Origin: Rhodosorus marinus CCMP1338
Taxonomy: Eukaryota > Plantae > Rhodophyta
Assembly: GCA_029953675.1 (NCBI GenBank)
Contig: JAMWBK010000001.1
Location: 3,658,001-3,722,000 of the forward strand
Length of the DNA: 64,000 nt
Direction of reading: 5' to 3'
A program made the translations under genes and the position numbers. Shown one piece after another: positions 1 to 11,619 of this stretch (positions are counted from its first letter, which is position 1; every line of letters starts with the position of its first letter). The notes beneath the pieces were generated by a model. The model was given only the letters and a program-made list of their open reading frames with translations. It searched no databases and had not been told where the DNA came from.

Positions 1-2949
1 GTCTATCAAGGGACAAACTCCCTCTCCTTACGCTTTCTACTTCTTCTCCAAGTCCCGATCAACTCAGGACCCCATATACCCCAGACTCCAACAGGGTTTC
101 CTAGTTTGTACCTCTCCTCCTCACGCTACGAACAGTGAGTCTCTCTCTCCGTCCCAGGTAAACCCGTCTACCTCCCCGTTTCTCCGTTCCTTGCTCCCCC
201 AAGTCCTCCTTCCTTCCTCCAAAGAACGAATACAATGTATATATTTGGTTGCACACTAAAACATATCCAAACATGAAGGCTATATCACCCTAGTAGGGGG
301 ACTGAAGAACCAATAAGGGCAAATGATTGTTACCAAATTCCACTCTAAGAGGGACTCAAATGCACATCTAATATAATATTATCCCATCCCTTACCCTCTA
401 ACCAATGCTAAGCCGTCAACGTCTAGACAGACAGCTCAGCTCAACACTCAGATTCATGGTGCAAGCCTTGCAAAAACAAATAAAATTGATAGCTTGCACT
501 TGGAAGGTACACGTTAAGCATCTTACATTTGCACTCCACTGACTGTATGTCCGACGACCCCTTTGCTGAGAGTATTAGAAGTGATTGCTAGACCTGGAAA
601 CGGTCATCCTCTGATGCCATATCCTCTTCTCTATTGCTTTTGGACAGAAATTTTTCTTTTGCAATGTTCTTTTAGGTGTCCAGCAAGAATCACTCGGCCG
701 CCTACTGCAAAGATGTGATATGAGATTTGCAAAATACAAAGGAGGGGTGTGGATAATAGCTTCCATCGATGAACAGGAAGACTGTTAGGACCGAGAACGG
801 ATTTAGTTACGTTGAGGATGAGTCAATTTTGGAGAAGTGAAGAGCGGGAAAGGGGGGGAAGGGAGGGGTGGGGATGTTGCTGGCTGATGATTTGCCACTT
901 TCGAAGTACGAATTTACTTGCTGAAACGGGCAAAGTTGTAGGATGGAACTTGGCAAGGGGCTGGCGGGCGGGAAGCTTGTCAGCTTGCGCAGGTGGCAAA
1001 GCAGCCGTCAGCTTCTTTTTTCCCGGGGGCGGGTTATACAAAAACATCCCACCAATCCGTAAATCCATGCCGGATTGGGGTGCTGTTATACTCACCGAGT
1101 ATAACGAAAACCCTAGCAGCTGTTCTCAACTCTTCCACCCAGAGGCAAACGTGAATTTTTTTTGTTTTTCTTGCCCTTTCTGCAGCAAAGCACTCAAGTA
1201 CTCCACCCATCTCATCGCATACTTAGCTTACCACCCCAAAATACAGCCATAGACGTTTCATTCCCAAAATCCCAACCAACCTCACAACAGAAAATACTTC
1301 ACAACCAATCTTCTCCACCCCCCTCCCCTTCCCCTCTCTCTGCCTTTCGCTCATCATTGTTCTAATCCCACTAGTACAATCTCCAAAATCTTGAATTGTG
1401 GTTTAAATTATGACGGAAGTTGATCATAACAGACAGTTGATGATTGGCTGAATAGAGGGGATAGACCATCAATTATAGGAGAAAAAGAAAACGTATTTCC
1501 CTGAATAGACCAATCATCTACAAAATAATATGTGTTTTGCTTAAATTGTTTCGATGGGATAAGGCGGCTAAATTTTCCTGCAACGTCCTCCCACCTGAGA
1601 AATCGTCTGGAGGGAATTTTTTGGACCTGACCGTTGGCCAAACGAAAATAAAAGAATTTCCTGTTTTCTTCGAGGGTGAACGGTAACATTGGTTCTCTCC
1701 TCCCCCTCCAAAAAACGTTGAACATAAACAATGTGGTATTGATTTTCTTCTTCGTTCTTCCCTCCCCCCCTTATAAGAGATAGTCACTAAACGCTAAGTT
1801 ATTATCAATTGAATTCAAAATTCAATAGTCTCAGGTAGGATGTGTACCTATACAGGGGAGAATAATATATTAGATTCTGATCGTTCGCCAAGCAGTTAGG
1901 CAATAGGCGATGATTAAAGGGGGGGAGGGGTGGGGTGGGGAATGGAACTCCCTCGGTAGCACAAAAACAGGTTGATTTATTCCGTAATTTATGAAATAAT
2001 GAATTTAACGAACCCCGGGGTAACTCGTTACACTTCGACAGAAGCTTCTTATATAAAATCGTTTATTTTTGTAGAACCAAACGGGTCAACGAATCAAATT
2101 ATAGAATCTGGGTCAAAAGGTTTTATTTTATGGAAAAAAAGATTTTCTGTTCGGGACTGATAGTTTGTTTGTTTTTTTCAACTTGAGAAAATCCCCCCCT
2201 TTTTTTTCTTCATCTTGGATTAGGGGGACAAAAGAGAATTTTATAAGCACTTGCTTTGCTTGCTTTTTTTTATTTCCGTGGGAAATAAGAAGAACAAAAC
2301 GAAATCCGTTATTTAACGGATGGCTTTTTTTTGCCTTCCCCAAGGTGAAGCGGTGAAGCGGTGAAGCGGGGGGAGAGCTCCGGCCGGGGGGGGGGGGTGG
2401 GAAGAAGTTTTAACGTTTTCATTAGGGGGTAAGGGAAGGTATTCTTCCTTGGCAAAGGGCTGACGATTTTAGAAATGCAATTTCGTCTGCCCTCATTGAT
2501 TGGTTAGATGAGGACGCATGATTTCCGACTTTATCCAATAGTATACTCTTTTGAACTCAACGTTCTGGTCATTTCACCAATTAATAATCGGGAACAGAAA
2601 TTAAGCCAATGAAGAAAGAGCAATGGCTAAATGGGGCTAAGAAAATAATAATAATTAGATAAATATAGAATATTTAGATGATTAAAAAAAGTGCATCAGG
2701 TTAAGCGGACCAATTATGGAGCGATAACATTCGGCAATAAATGCAGTTTAGGGAGATCCTTAGATTGTATTTTGCGACGTCCGAAGTTAGTTGGTTAAGG
2801 GCCTGCTCGGTTGAAGTTGTATTGCTGAGGGATCTATGACTTTTGCTTATAGCAAGTGGCTCATTTGCCCCAATATCTGGTTTCAAAGAAGAAATAACAA
2901 GGCCAAAGATAGTGGGCCAATAGTGGAACGAGGCTTTTTTTTTGGAGTG

Positions 2950-3560
2950 TTCATTTGGCGATTGGGACCCGACGACAACCCAAAAGGGCCAAATACATTG
3001 GGAATAATGCTCGACTGGCCTGCGGCAGGGTAATTGGGGAAGAATGTGAATTTGATGGTCACCGGCATATGGCTGGGAGGAAAGCTTGGGGAGGAGGCGG
3101 GAAAGGGTTTTGTAAGGCAGGTGAAACTAGATTATGGAGGGGGTACCGCTCCATTCCCAGGAGAAAAGGTACTAGGAGAATCTTAGGAATGTAGCTTCTA
3201 TGCTACTATGTTCTTATTATGAAGCACAATAAGATCGATCTCCTTCATCACTAGTCTGAGCCTCTCTGTTTCATCTGGTTGTATTCGGAACCATTGTACG
3301 ACGGAGCTGGACCCGCCTTCCTCCTGGGGGGGGAAAGGTCCAAATGCGGTTCTGGCCATCAACACACTCGCTTCCCAACTTGGGATCAATCTGAAAACAG
3401 AACATCAGTCGGCAGGGAGCCTATTGGAACCAAGGTTCCCCAACCAACCACTGGGAGTTTTCCTGAATTCATCGGATGACCCTCCTGAACGTGGCCAAAG
3501 CCAAACCGAAAGCTTATAACAATTCCGGAATTCTGGCTCTGATCCGATCAACATCGCCGA
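2950..3560 (+). mobile_element. Heavily decayed Ty3/gypsy-like integrase relic (tentative)
   Basis: Frame-broken peptides IMEGVPLHSQEKRY, FGTIVRRSW..LPP and LASQLGINLKT...EPRFPNQPLGVFL occur in the same order as gypsy integrase core motifs (MDF..GLP, IVR.HG.P, LGI.LK...ER.NQ.L). Many stops and frameshifts; recognised by eye only. Confidence 0.3.
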
Positions 3561-4177
3561 GTTGAACAGCCGCACAAAAAAAAAATGGCGGCAAAAAGCA
3601 ACTTGGAGAGAAACAGAGACAGCGACAGAGAGAGGGAGAGAGACAGAGAGGAATTTGTCTATATCAAGCCTCTATTTTCAAGTGTTTTTAAGTGTCAACG
3701 ACGGTTGACACAAGGCAGAATTCCCGTCCCAGCACCGGAGAACTGATCTGTTGCTAGTAGAAAACATGTTCGGTTTGTGGTTGTTAGAGAAAAGGGATTC
3801 CGTGGCTAGTCCAATACTTTGCAGAAATTCTTGATGGAAAGCCGATTTTGTGTTGCCCCGTGGCTGAGTGAAAGCCCCATTTTAGGAGAGGCATCGCCAC
3901 CATGTTACCCCTGTTTTTTCTCATGGTTTTTAAAGTTCTCTTCGTGCTTTGGCTACTCTTCCAGTTCCCGCCCGGTGACTGACGGACAAGAGGGCCGGAC
4001 TGACCTGGCAAGCTTGCGCGTGGAAACTTTGATTCAATATAGTTAGTCCCGTGCTGGAGTTTCGAAAAGCGCTTGATCCCTTTTTCAAGACAGATATCTT
4101 TTGTCGTGACTTCGGGCGCAGTTCGACGAGGACTTAGAAGGCTTCCTTAGGTACTCTCTCTTTTGTCACGGTATTTC

Positions 4178-4220
4178 AAACTCCCCGGTCTCCAAGCTCT
4201 GCCTGGAGACCGGGGAGTTT
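4178..4220. repeat. Perfect 17-bp-stem hairpin followed by a T-rich tract
   Basis: AAACTCCCCGGTCTCCA (4178-4194), 9-nt loop, TGGAGACCGGGGAGTTT (4204-4220), then CTTTTT. Confidence 0.9.
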
Positions 4221-4926
4221 CTTTTTATCAGAAAAGCGCTTTACGCTCGATACCCTAGTGAAGACATGTCCGGCACTGAGTGAAAAAAGTTTTCACCTCA
4301 ATGTGTACGTCCGAATTCCGTTTGCCCCATCTAAGAGACGCGCGACGGTCTGGACTGTAGCCATGGAAGATGGAAGATGGCTACAACATTCGCCAACATC
4401 CACGTTGCTGCTGGATCAATTGGGGTTGTAAACGTCCGCAGAAACTTTCGAAATTGCTGCTGTGAATATAAAAACCTACGTCGTGGAGAACCTAACGAGC
4501 CCAGTGGATGCCCTAGCCAGTAAGGGAATGAGCAATACTCAGCAGGGTACACTCGCTTCTGCCCTTGGTGTTCACAAACGTCCGCTCAAGCGATATTTTT
4601 CGTCTGTTCTCAACTCCGCTTAGAGTAGTGAAATGTCATGTGCCGTCCGATAAACCTTACCGGAGTGCACTGACATTTAGCGATTTTTTTGAGGCGGATA
4701 GACTATTGAAAAACAGTATAAAAAGAATGGATGTCCGGTTGAAATTCTTCGAAAAAAACAGGTCCGATTGCTCGTCAGATAAACAGGACCGATAAGAGTC
4801 CGATATTCAATCAATGTTAATCAATCATCTTCAGTCCGGGTATTGAATCATGATTACTTCTTGCCATGGCTCGCAAATCATGAATCGTCATTACTTCTGC
4901 AACTGACTAGCTGCCACTATCATGTA

Positions 4927-5590
4927 ATGATGATGATCCGTTTATTCAGAGCCCACTACCCTGAGAAGCGAGAGACAAGACGCTGATGACGCGCTTCTAC
5001 AAATAAAGCAGCATTTGAGCGCCACAGGGTCAAAGAAAGCTCCGTGAGCAGACTATCTAGACGCCCTGGATCGTTGCGAAAGAGACCTCGCAGCCAGCGA
5101 GAACCTACACTATCTATGTAATCATGTAATGAATGATGATTATGTGAGAACCTCCTTCAGGTTTATTCAGAGCCTAACTACCGTGAGAAGCGACAGACAA
5201 GGCGCTGATAACGCGCGTCTGAAAACAAAGCTGCATTTGAGCGCCACCGGGGCAAAGAAAGCTCCGTGAGCAGACTATCTAGACGCCCTGGATTGTTGCG
5301 AAAGATACCTCTCAGCCAGCGAGAACCTACACTATCTATCAAGCCAAAGCATTCAATAATGGGTGACAAACCGGTATGTCACCGCCGAATTGCGAAAAGT
5401 AGGGTTTGACATCACTGCCACGTACTGTGATTCTTTCACATGCCGCGTGGACCGAGCTGCAGCTCCTCGACGCCGAGCGGAGGCAGGCAGGTACCTGGTC
5501 GCCTGAGGACAAGGGATGCCACTGGGACGCGCGTTTAGGTCAGACACAACGAGATCCGCCACCCGCTGAACCTCCACTGACAGCTGTGTA
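4927..5590 (-). mobile_element. Two head-to-tail 5'-truncated copies of an RLE-type (CRE-like) non-LTR retroelement, lineage A (3' ends)
   Basis: Minus-strand peptides RVADLVVSD...KESQY...PIIECFGLIDSVGSRWLRGIF fit the PD-(D/E)xK-like RLE C-terminus. A shared 3' module GCGTC(A/T)TCAGCGTCTTGTCTCTCGCTTCTCAGGGTAGT...GAATAAAC plus a trinucleotide tail recurs 7 times in the window. Confidence 0.75.
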
Positions 5591-5890
5591 GCCCGTCTAT
5601 GTTTTAGTGTCAGGCGCCTACTTTTAGTGTAAGACGTCAATGTTTTAGTATCCACTGGTTCCTACTTTACTTGTCAGGTATGTTTTAGTTTAAAGTAACG
5701 GAGACTATCTAAGGCCTAGCTTTGCTAGATCTTGGGACCTAGAAATGAGTACAGCACAAGTTGGTTCGCTGAGTTCTAACAAAGTGGACTCATCGCCAAA
5801 AGAGGAAAAGAAGGTTGATGAGCAAGTGACCGCTGGGGAAAGAGAGGAACCAGATTCGAAAAAAAAAGAAAGCAAAGGGGGAAACAAAAG

Positions 5891-6790
5891 ATGGGAACGT
5901 TCGAGATACCGAAACCAGAGAGTTTCGACGGGCGACGGGACTTCCTAGTGGTGCAGACGTTCGTGGCTTCATTACGAGGTTACCTGGAGTTCCACAACGT
6001 CGCAGGATCGGGGCGCACCTCGGTACGGTACGCTAGTCTGTTCCTGAAGGGCCAGGCCCGCGCATGGTACCCCGGCCTTCCTCGATCGGCAGATGGAGTA
6101 CCGGAGACGATGGACTCCCTCGAGGACTTCGAGCGGAGCCTGCGAGCACAGTTCCACCCCCAGGATCATGTAGAGCAAGTTCGAACGCAACTCCGTTCCG
6201 CACGACAACGCGGCCAGGACGTCGGCCGAATTCGTGGACTACCTCGACGAGTCATTCATGCAACTGGGGGACAATATCAGAGACTCAGGGAAGCTTGACA
6301 GATTCAAGGCGGGCTTAACCGGCCGAGAACGAGATTTTGTCTACTACAGTCAACCCGGCACGTACGTGGAAGCAAAGGAGGAGGCGGGTTGACGTATGCG
6401 GAAGCGAAGGAGGTGGCGGGTTGACAGTAGTAGACAAAATCTCGTTCTCGTCCGGTTAAGCCCGCCTTGAATCTGTCAAGCTTCTCTGAATCTCTGAAAT
6501 TGTCCAAAGGTTGCATGAATAACTCGTCGAGGTAGTCCACGAATTCGGCCGACGTCCTGGCCGCGTTGTCGTGCGGAACGGAGTTTCCTTCGAACATGCT
6601 CTACGTGGTCCTGGAGCTGGAACTGTGCTCGCAGGCTCTGCTCTAAGTCCCTGAGGGAGTCCATCGTCGAGACAGGTTCAAGGCAGGCTTAACCGCACGA
6701 GAACGAGATTTTGTCTACTACAGTCAACCCGGCACATATGCGGATCGGCACGTATAACGAGCAAAGGAGGTGGCGCTCCAGCACTGCCAC
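5891..6790 (+). mobile_element. Ty3/gypsy-type retrotransposon gag relic (frameshifted, rearranged)
   Basis: FEIPKPESFDGRRD...YASLFLKGQARAWY...FERSLRAQF...LRSARQ, then after a frameshift AEFVDYLDE...KLDRFKAGL. This is a Retrotrans_gag-like pattern; no pol follows. Confidence 0.75.
6106..6668. repeat. Long imperfect inverted repeat (about 250-bp arms, about 60-bp spacer) made of gag sequence
   Basis: 6106-6357 is the reverse complement of 6417-6668, with scattered substitutions. The ORF track shows MDSL..F/LE.SLRAQF on both strands. Confidence 0.9.
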
Positions 6791-6867
6791 GGAGCAGGCC
6801 TCTGTGCAATCCCAACGCAAACCTCCTAGGTCTACGTCGATCCGACCGAGCCGACCCCACACTTTGA

Positions 6868-7170
6868 GTTTAGGCTTCTTCACGGTCATACCTGCGTATC
6901 CGCGGTTGGCGCTTACCGATCTCGAACTTCGTGTAAGCTTACGACTGTACCTGTGGTTGCCGCAACCCCCTTGGCCTGTTGAGCGGGATTCTAGATGTGC
7001 ATTGTGCGGGGCCAATGTGCCTTGGGGTGATTGTGGTGCGCAGTTGTTGGCGTCTTGTGCGGAGGTTCAAGGGGCCCGGACCAGACGCCATACGCGGCTG
7101 AACCGATTGCTTTTCCGCTACCTTCGTTCTCAATCGCTCGGACCTCGGTACGGACTGAGAAGTGGAGTAT
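6868..7170 (+). mobile_element. RLE non-LTR retroelement fragment, lineage B (zinc-knuckle region)
   Basis: TDLELRVSLRLYLWLPQPPWP...CALC......DCGAQLLASC....GARTRRH matches the peptide at 14732-15076 and the CCHC/RRH motif that precedes RLE domains. Confidence 0.7.
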
Positions 7171-7229
7171 GAAGTCCCTCTGGCGGTGGCAACGGAAATT
7201 GCTGACGAGAGTGACTAATGAGGGGGACG

Positions 7230-7292
7230 CGTCAGCGTCTTGTCTCTCGCTTCTCAGGGTAGTTAGGAATAAACCTGATGATGATTGGAGGC
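7230..7292 (+). mobile_element. Very short 3'-end copy of lineage A RLE element
   Basis: GACGCGTCAGCGTCTTGTCTCTCGCTTCTCAGGGTAGTTAGGAATAAACCTGATGATGAT. Confidence 0.8.
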
Positions 7293-7709
7293 CGCGTTTC
7301 AGCAGTGTATTGCCCTGCCGAGTGGTACACAGGCCCATCACAGGTCCTGGGGGGCAATTCTGGACTCTTTGGCGCTCCTCGTTCGGGGAACACTGCAGCC
7401 GAGCCGTGTCTCGGAAGTGGTGCACACCTGGAACCAGCAGCGGCTGGGGTGAAGTCGTTTGCGCTGAAGATGATGCTAAAATCGACGTTGTCGACATGCC
7501 GTCGAGGCCGCCTGAGGAGTCTGTTACCCGGTCGGTTCCGGCGGCCCCTTCGAGGACTGATGTAGGACAAAAAACCCTGTCCTGGGACATACATCGGGAC
7601 TCGTACGCCACCTTCTGAATTCGCCTTCCTCTCCGCCTTCGACCTTGACTCGCCTCCGTGGTTTAGGATGGGTAGTCTGAGCTGTCGCTTCTGTACTTTT
7701 TATTGAGAA

Positions 7710-9690
7710 ACTAACAACCCCGGGTGGGTGTCCTACGATAGGGAACGGGGAGTCACCAACAGGTGACAGCAAGCAAAACTACCTACCTACCCAAAGCTAT
7801 TAAGGGCAACCCAGGCATTGCCCCTTCACAGGGTCCGGTTAATCGAAGCGAGGGCTCTGTTGAGGACGTTGCGGTCGGAGTCAAGGTGCCTGGTGAGGCT
7901 GCGAAGTTCGGTCATCGTACGAGTGGCGAGTCGTCCATATGTTTCCATGCCATCGGGATGAAGTCCTCCGGGTCGGCGAAGGCGGCGCGGTAGTTGTTGG
8001 GTTTTCGTTGAGCGGCAGTGTCGGCGGAATGGCCAGTGCGATTGGCGGATCTTTGCAGGGTGTGTGTCCGGAAAGGACTGGTGACCACGGCATCGAAGAT
8101 GAGCGTCCGGTGCGTCCTAGGGTGTGTCGCCTGAATATCAGGTGCTCGATGGGGCTGGTCCTCATTCATGAGGCCGGGCTCGACGACGACATCCTCGTAA
8201 CCCCACTCTCGCAACGGTCGCGCGACGGTTCTCACTAGCGCGTGGTGGCGATGTACGCGCATGCGTATGGAGCGCGGGCAGCGGTGGAGCAGGTGATACC
8301 CGTAGGCGTCATGGGTGGTGCGGCACGTGGAGCAGGGCGCCGACGGCGGTTGATCAGCAAGCGGTACTCCGAGAAGTTGTCGTATGTTCGCGACGAGCTG
8401 TTGCCTCGTGACGAAGGTCGCACGAGCTGTGGGAATATAGCAAAACCACGTGCCGCTGGCGCCTCCTGTGGCTGACCGAAGTCGGGCTCGCACGTAGACG
8501 GGGATCGTCGCCGCGTCGACAATGGCGTCGTAGGCTGTCTGATGCAGCGCATTGGAGAAGGTGCGTCACGTCGAGGTCCGTTGCGTAAGTAGTATGACGT
8601 AAGGGGCATGCTAACAAACGTCAAGGGTCATGGGCGAGGGGGGGGCACAGAGTCGGTACGTTCGAGATCCGCAACGTCAAGATCGTCAGCATCTTCAAGG
8701 TTTGCACCAAGATCATCAGCAACATGTTCAGCGTGCTGCATCGCCAGTGGGCCGGGGTCGAGGGCAGCGGTAGACAGGGGCTGGTTTGAGGGGGTTGGAG
8801 CAGGGCCAGAGCAGTCGCTCGTGGCCGTGGAACTGGATTCAGTCTCACAAACAAGGGCAGATGTCTGGTCCACCTCAGATGTGGATTTAGGCCCAGCGTT
8901 CAGGGGAGGCTGGGGTGCGTCAGGGACAGCGTCACGTTGCTCCGCCGCGGCCAGATATCGGGAACGATCACCAACGAAGGCAAGCACAGCACCCCGTACC
9001 TCGTACGGGAGGTCGAACCGGCGTGCAATCTGCTCGCGAATACGGTCCAACTGTCTCACGGCATATTGGAAGACCTGGGTCATCATATTCTCCGGAGCCA
9101 AGGTAATCATTTCCTGAATCCCAAGGAAGTCATCGGGGTGAAGATCGCGACGAACGTGCACGGTGATTGCGTTCGTCGGGGAACGCGAAGCCAAAGATCC
9201 GAAGGTCCCGCTGCGAAACAGGCCTCGAGAGACTTCCGACTGGATGATCGGCAACGCTGCGGGGAGGCAGATCAGATGCGCGTGTGCTGCCCAGAAGTCA
9301 ACATGGACGATTATGTGTTCGGAGACGCCCAGGGACCATGTTAGGAATGCCAGAAACTCGGACTTGGTGAGTTGGGTCTCGTTTGATGACCTGGCGCGGG
9401 GCGCCCGAATATTCCGGATGGTGACGAGGACAGGAACGGTGTCAAGGAGCCAGGCAGGAGGCGCCACTGCAGCTTGTAGAAGACGTTGGGCTTGCGTGCG
9501 TGACAACGGCGGGGTTTTCGGGGCAACAGTCCGGGCCGCTTGAAGGTATGGCCCGGGAGCGGGTACGGGAACACCAGCTGTTGGAGGGTTGGAGATAGCG
9601 CGGGAGCTCGTTTGATTGGTAGATAGTGGCGGGAAAGAAATATTCTCTACGGTACCAGGAGCAGGGGTCGGCGCACCAAAACTTTACTTA
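7710..9690 (-). mobile_element. Internally deleted (RT-less) CRE-like non-LTR element, lineage C, copy 1
   Basis: A 292-aa N-terminal ORF (8628-9506) is joined directly to the post-RT linker, CxxC...DAYGYHLLHRC...RHH knuckle and RLE (RAPDIQATHPRTHRTLIFDAVVTSP...K..Y...F.P). The 3' UTR is shared with copy 2. Confidence 0.75.
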
Positions 9691-9774
9691 GTCTTTCCTG
9701 CCTACCCGCGGTTGGTGATGATAGACTTCGAGCTGCGTACGAGCTTCCGCGTGTACTTTGGGTTTTACTGTGAA

Positions 9775-10870
9775 GCCAACAACCCCGGATGGATGTCCTA
9801 CGAAAGGGAAAAAGAGTCAGAAATATGTGACGACTACCGGGGAAAAAAAAATAATCACCAACTACCTACCTAGTCCTGGCAGCACACACTCTCTGGGCTA
9901 TTGACGGCAACCCAGGCATTGCCTCTCCACAGCGTGCGGTTCATAGCGGCAAGGGGCTCTACTGACGGTGCTGCGGTTGGAGTCAAGGTGTCTCGTGAGC
10001 CGACCAAGGTCTGTCATCGTAGGAGTCGCGAGTCTTCCACAAGTCTCAACGGCTATCGGGCTAAAATCCTCTGGGTCAGTCACGGCGGCGCGATATTTGC
10101 TGACCTTCCCTTGAGCGACAGTGTGGACAGCTAGGCCAGTTCGTGTAGCTGTACGTCGCAGGAAGGCCGTCTGGAGAGGGCTGGTGACTACGACATCGAT
10201 GAATAACGTCCGGTGCGTTCGCGGGTGTTTCAAGTAGATATCAGGTGCTCGACGAGGTAGCTCCAAGTTCACTGGTCCTGGCTCGACGACAACGTCCTCA
10301 TAGCCCCAATCTCTCAGAAGTCGCGCGGTGGTCCGCACTAGCTCGTGGTTTCGATGGATCCGCAGTCGTAGGGAGCGGGAGCAACGGTGGAGGAGTTGAT
10401 AACCGTAGAAACGTCATGGGTCGTTCTGCAGGAGGGGCAGGGCGCGGGCTGCGGTTGGTCAACGAGCGGTACTCCAAGGAGTTGTCGGATGTTCGCGATG
10501 AGTGGCTGCCTTGTGACGAAGAGTGCGCGTGCTGTTGGAATATCGCGAAGCCAAGTACCGCTTGCGCCACCGGTTGCTGAGCGAAGTCGAGCTCGCACGT
10601 AGACTGGGACCGTCGGCTCGTCGACTACATGGCACTGTACGCTGTCTGATGCGGAGCGTTGGAGAAGGCGCGTTGCACGTGGGCTAAAGGCCGTGTTGGT
10701 TTGTCTTCGGCGGTCTCAGTTGACGGCATAGGGCGTTGCACAGGACTCCGGTTCAGGAGTCCGTCCCATGTGGCGGCGCCGGCGAGGGAATGCGAACAAT
10801 CTGCGGGCAAGTTCTCCGATACAGTGCTGAGTAGGTTCTGGATCTCGGCAGCTAGCGGGTTCATTGCGTA
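9775..10870 (-). mobile_element. 5'-truncated CRE-like non-LTR element, lineage C, copy 2
   Basis: RARLRSATGGASGTW...CPSC...RAPDIYLKHPRTHRTLFIDVVVTSP...KVSKYR...FSPIAVETCG. The 3' UTR motif CAACCCCGG..GG..GTCCTACGA is shared with 7716-7740. Confidence 0.8.
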
Positions 10871-10895
10871 GACGTATCATCGGTGCTCTTCAGTG

Positions 10896-11055
10896 CCAAG
10901 TGGGTCGGGTTTTTCGCTGTTTACGACCCAGATGTGGTTAAACCGGCAAAAACAGGGGGTTTTAAGGGGGGGTCGTAAACAGCGAAAAACCCAACCCACT
11001 TGGTAAAAAACCCAACCCACTTGCCGAAAAATCCGGCCCACTAGGCGCAACCCTA
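10896..11055. repeat. 34-bp inverted repeat with modular subterminal repeats, ending in a hAT-like terminus
   Basis: 10896-10929 pairs with 10970-11003 (1 mismatch). AAAACCCAACCCACTTG is repeated. The block ends in GCAACCCTA (reverse complement TAGGGTTGC), which is mirrored by TAGGGTTGCA at 11103. Confidence 0.65.
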
Positions 11056-11202
11056 CTATTTGGTCCGTTTACTATGTACTATTCCTGAATGAATCTGTTT
11101 GATAGGGTTGCACCACCAGCAGGCAATTGGAATTTAGTACCGGTATTACCGGTAATTGCGAAAATGCAAACAATTTCGAGGGTTTTTTCGGTCACTAACG
11201 GC

Positions 11203-11612
11203 AAGAGCAGCTCGGTCCACGCGGCATGTTAAAGAATCGCAGTACGCGGCAGCGATGTCAAACCCTACCTTTCGCGATTCGGCCGTGACAAAACCGGTTT
11301 GTCCCCCTCATTATTGAATGCTTTGGCTTGATAGATGATGATCCGTTTATTCAGAGCCTAACTACCCTGAGAAGCGAGAGACAAGACGCTGATGACGCGC
11401 GTGATAGATAGTGTAGGTTCTCGCTGGCTGCGAGGTATCTTTCGGAACGACCCAGGGCGTCTAGACTATCTAGACGCCCTGGGTCGTTGGTCTGGTCACG
11501 GAGCTTTCTTTGACCCTGTGGCGCTCAAAAGCTGCTTTGTTTGTAGACGCGCGTCATCAGCGTCTTGTCTCTCGCTTCTCAGGGTAGTTAGGCTCTGAAT
11601 AAACCTGATGAT
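11203..11612 (+). mobile_element. Lineage A RLE 3' copy carrying a nested inverted 3'-end copy of itself
   Basis: Homologous to 5157-5460 (opposite strand). Interrupted at 11336-11401 by an inverted 3' end flanked by TGATAGA duplications. Confidence 0.8.
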
Positions 11613-11619
11613 GATGAAC

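Noticed and set aside
4178-4226. Rho-independent terminator call for the hairpin plus T tract
   Set aside because: The context is eukaryotic nuclear DNA with no upstream bacterial-type gene. Kept only as a structural repeat.
6215-6240. Shared +1 shift in both gag arms as a programmed frameshift
   Set aside because: It lies mid-gag rather than at a gag-pol junction, and I saw no recognisable slippery site. An inherited lesion is simpler.
7558-7600. CTGATG followed by an AGGAC/GTCCT stem as a hammerhead ribozyme
   Set aside because: It lacks the CUGAUGA...GAAA core and the remaining stems.
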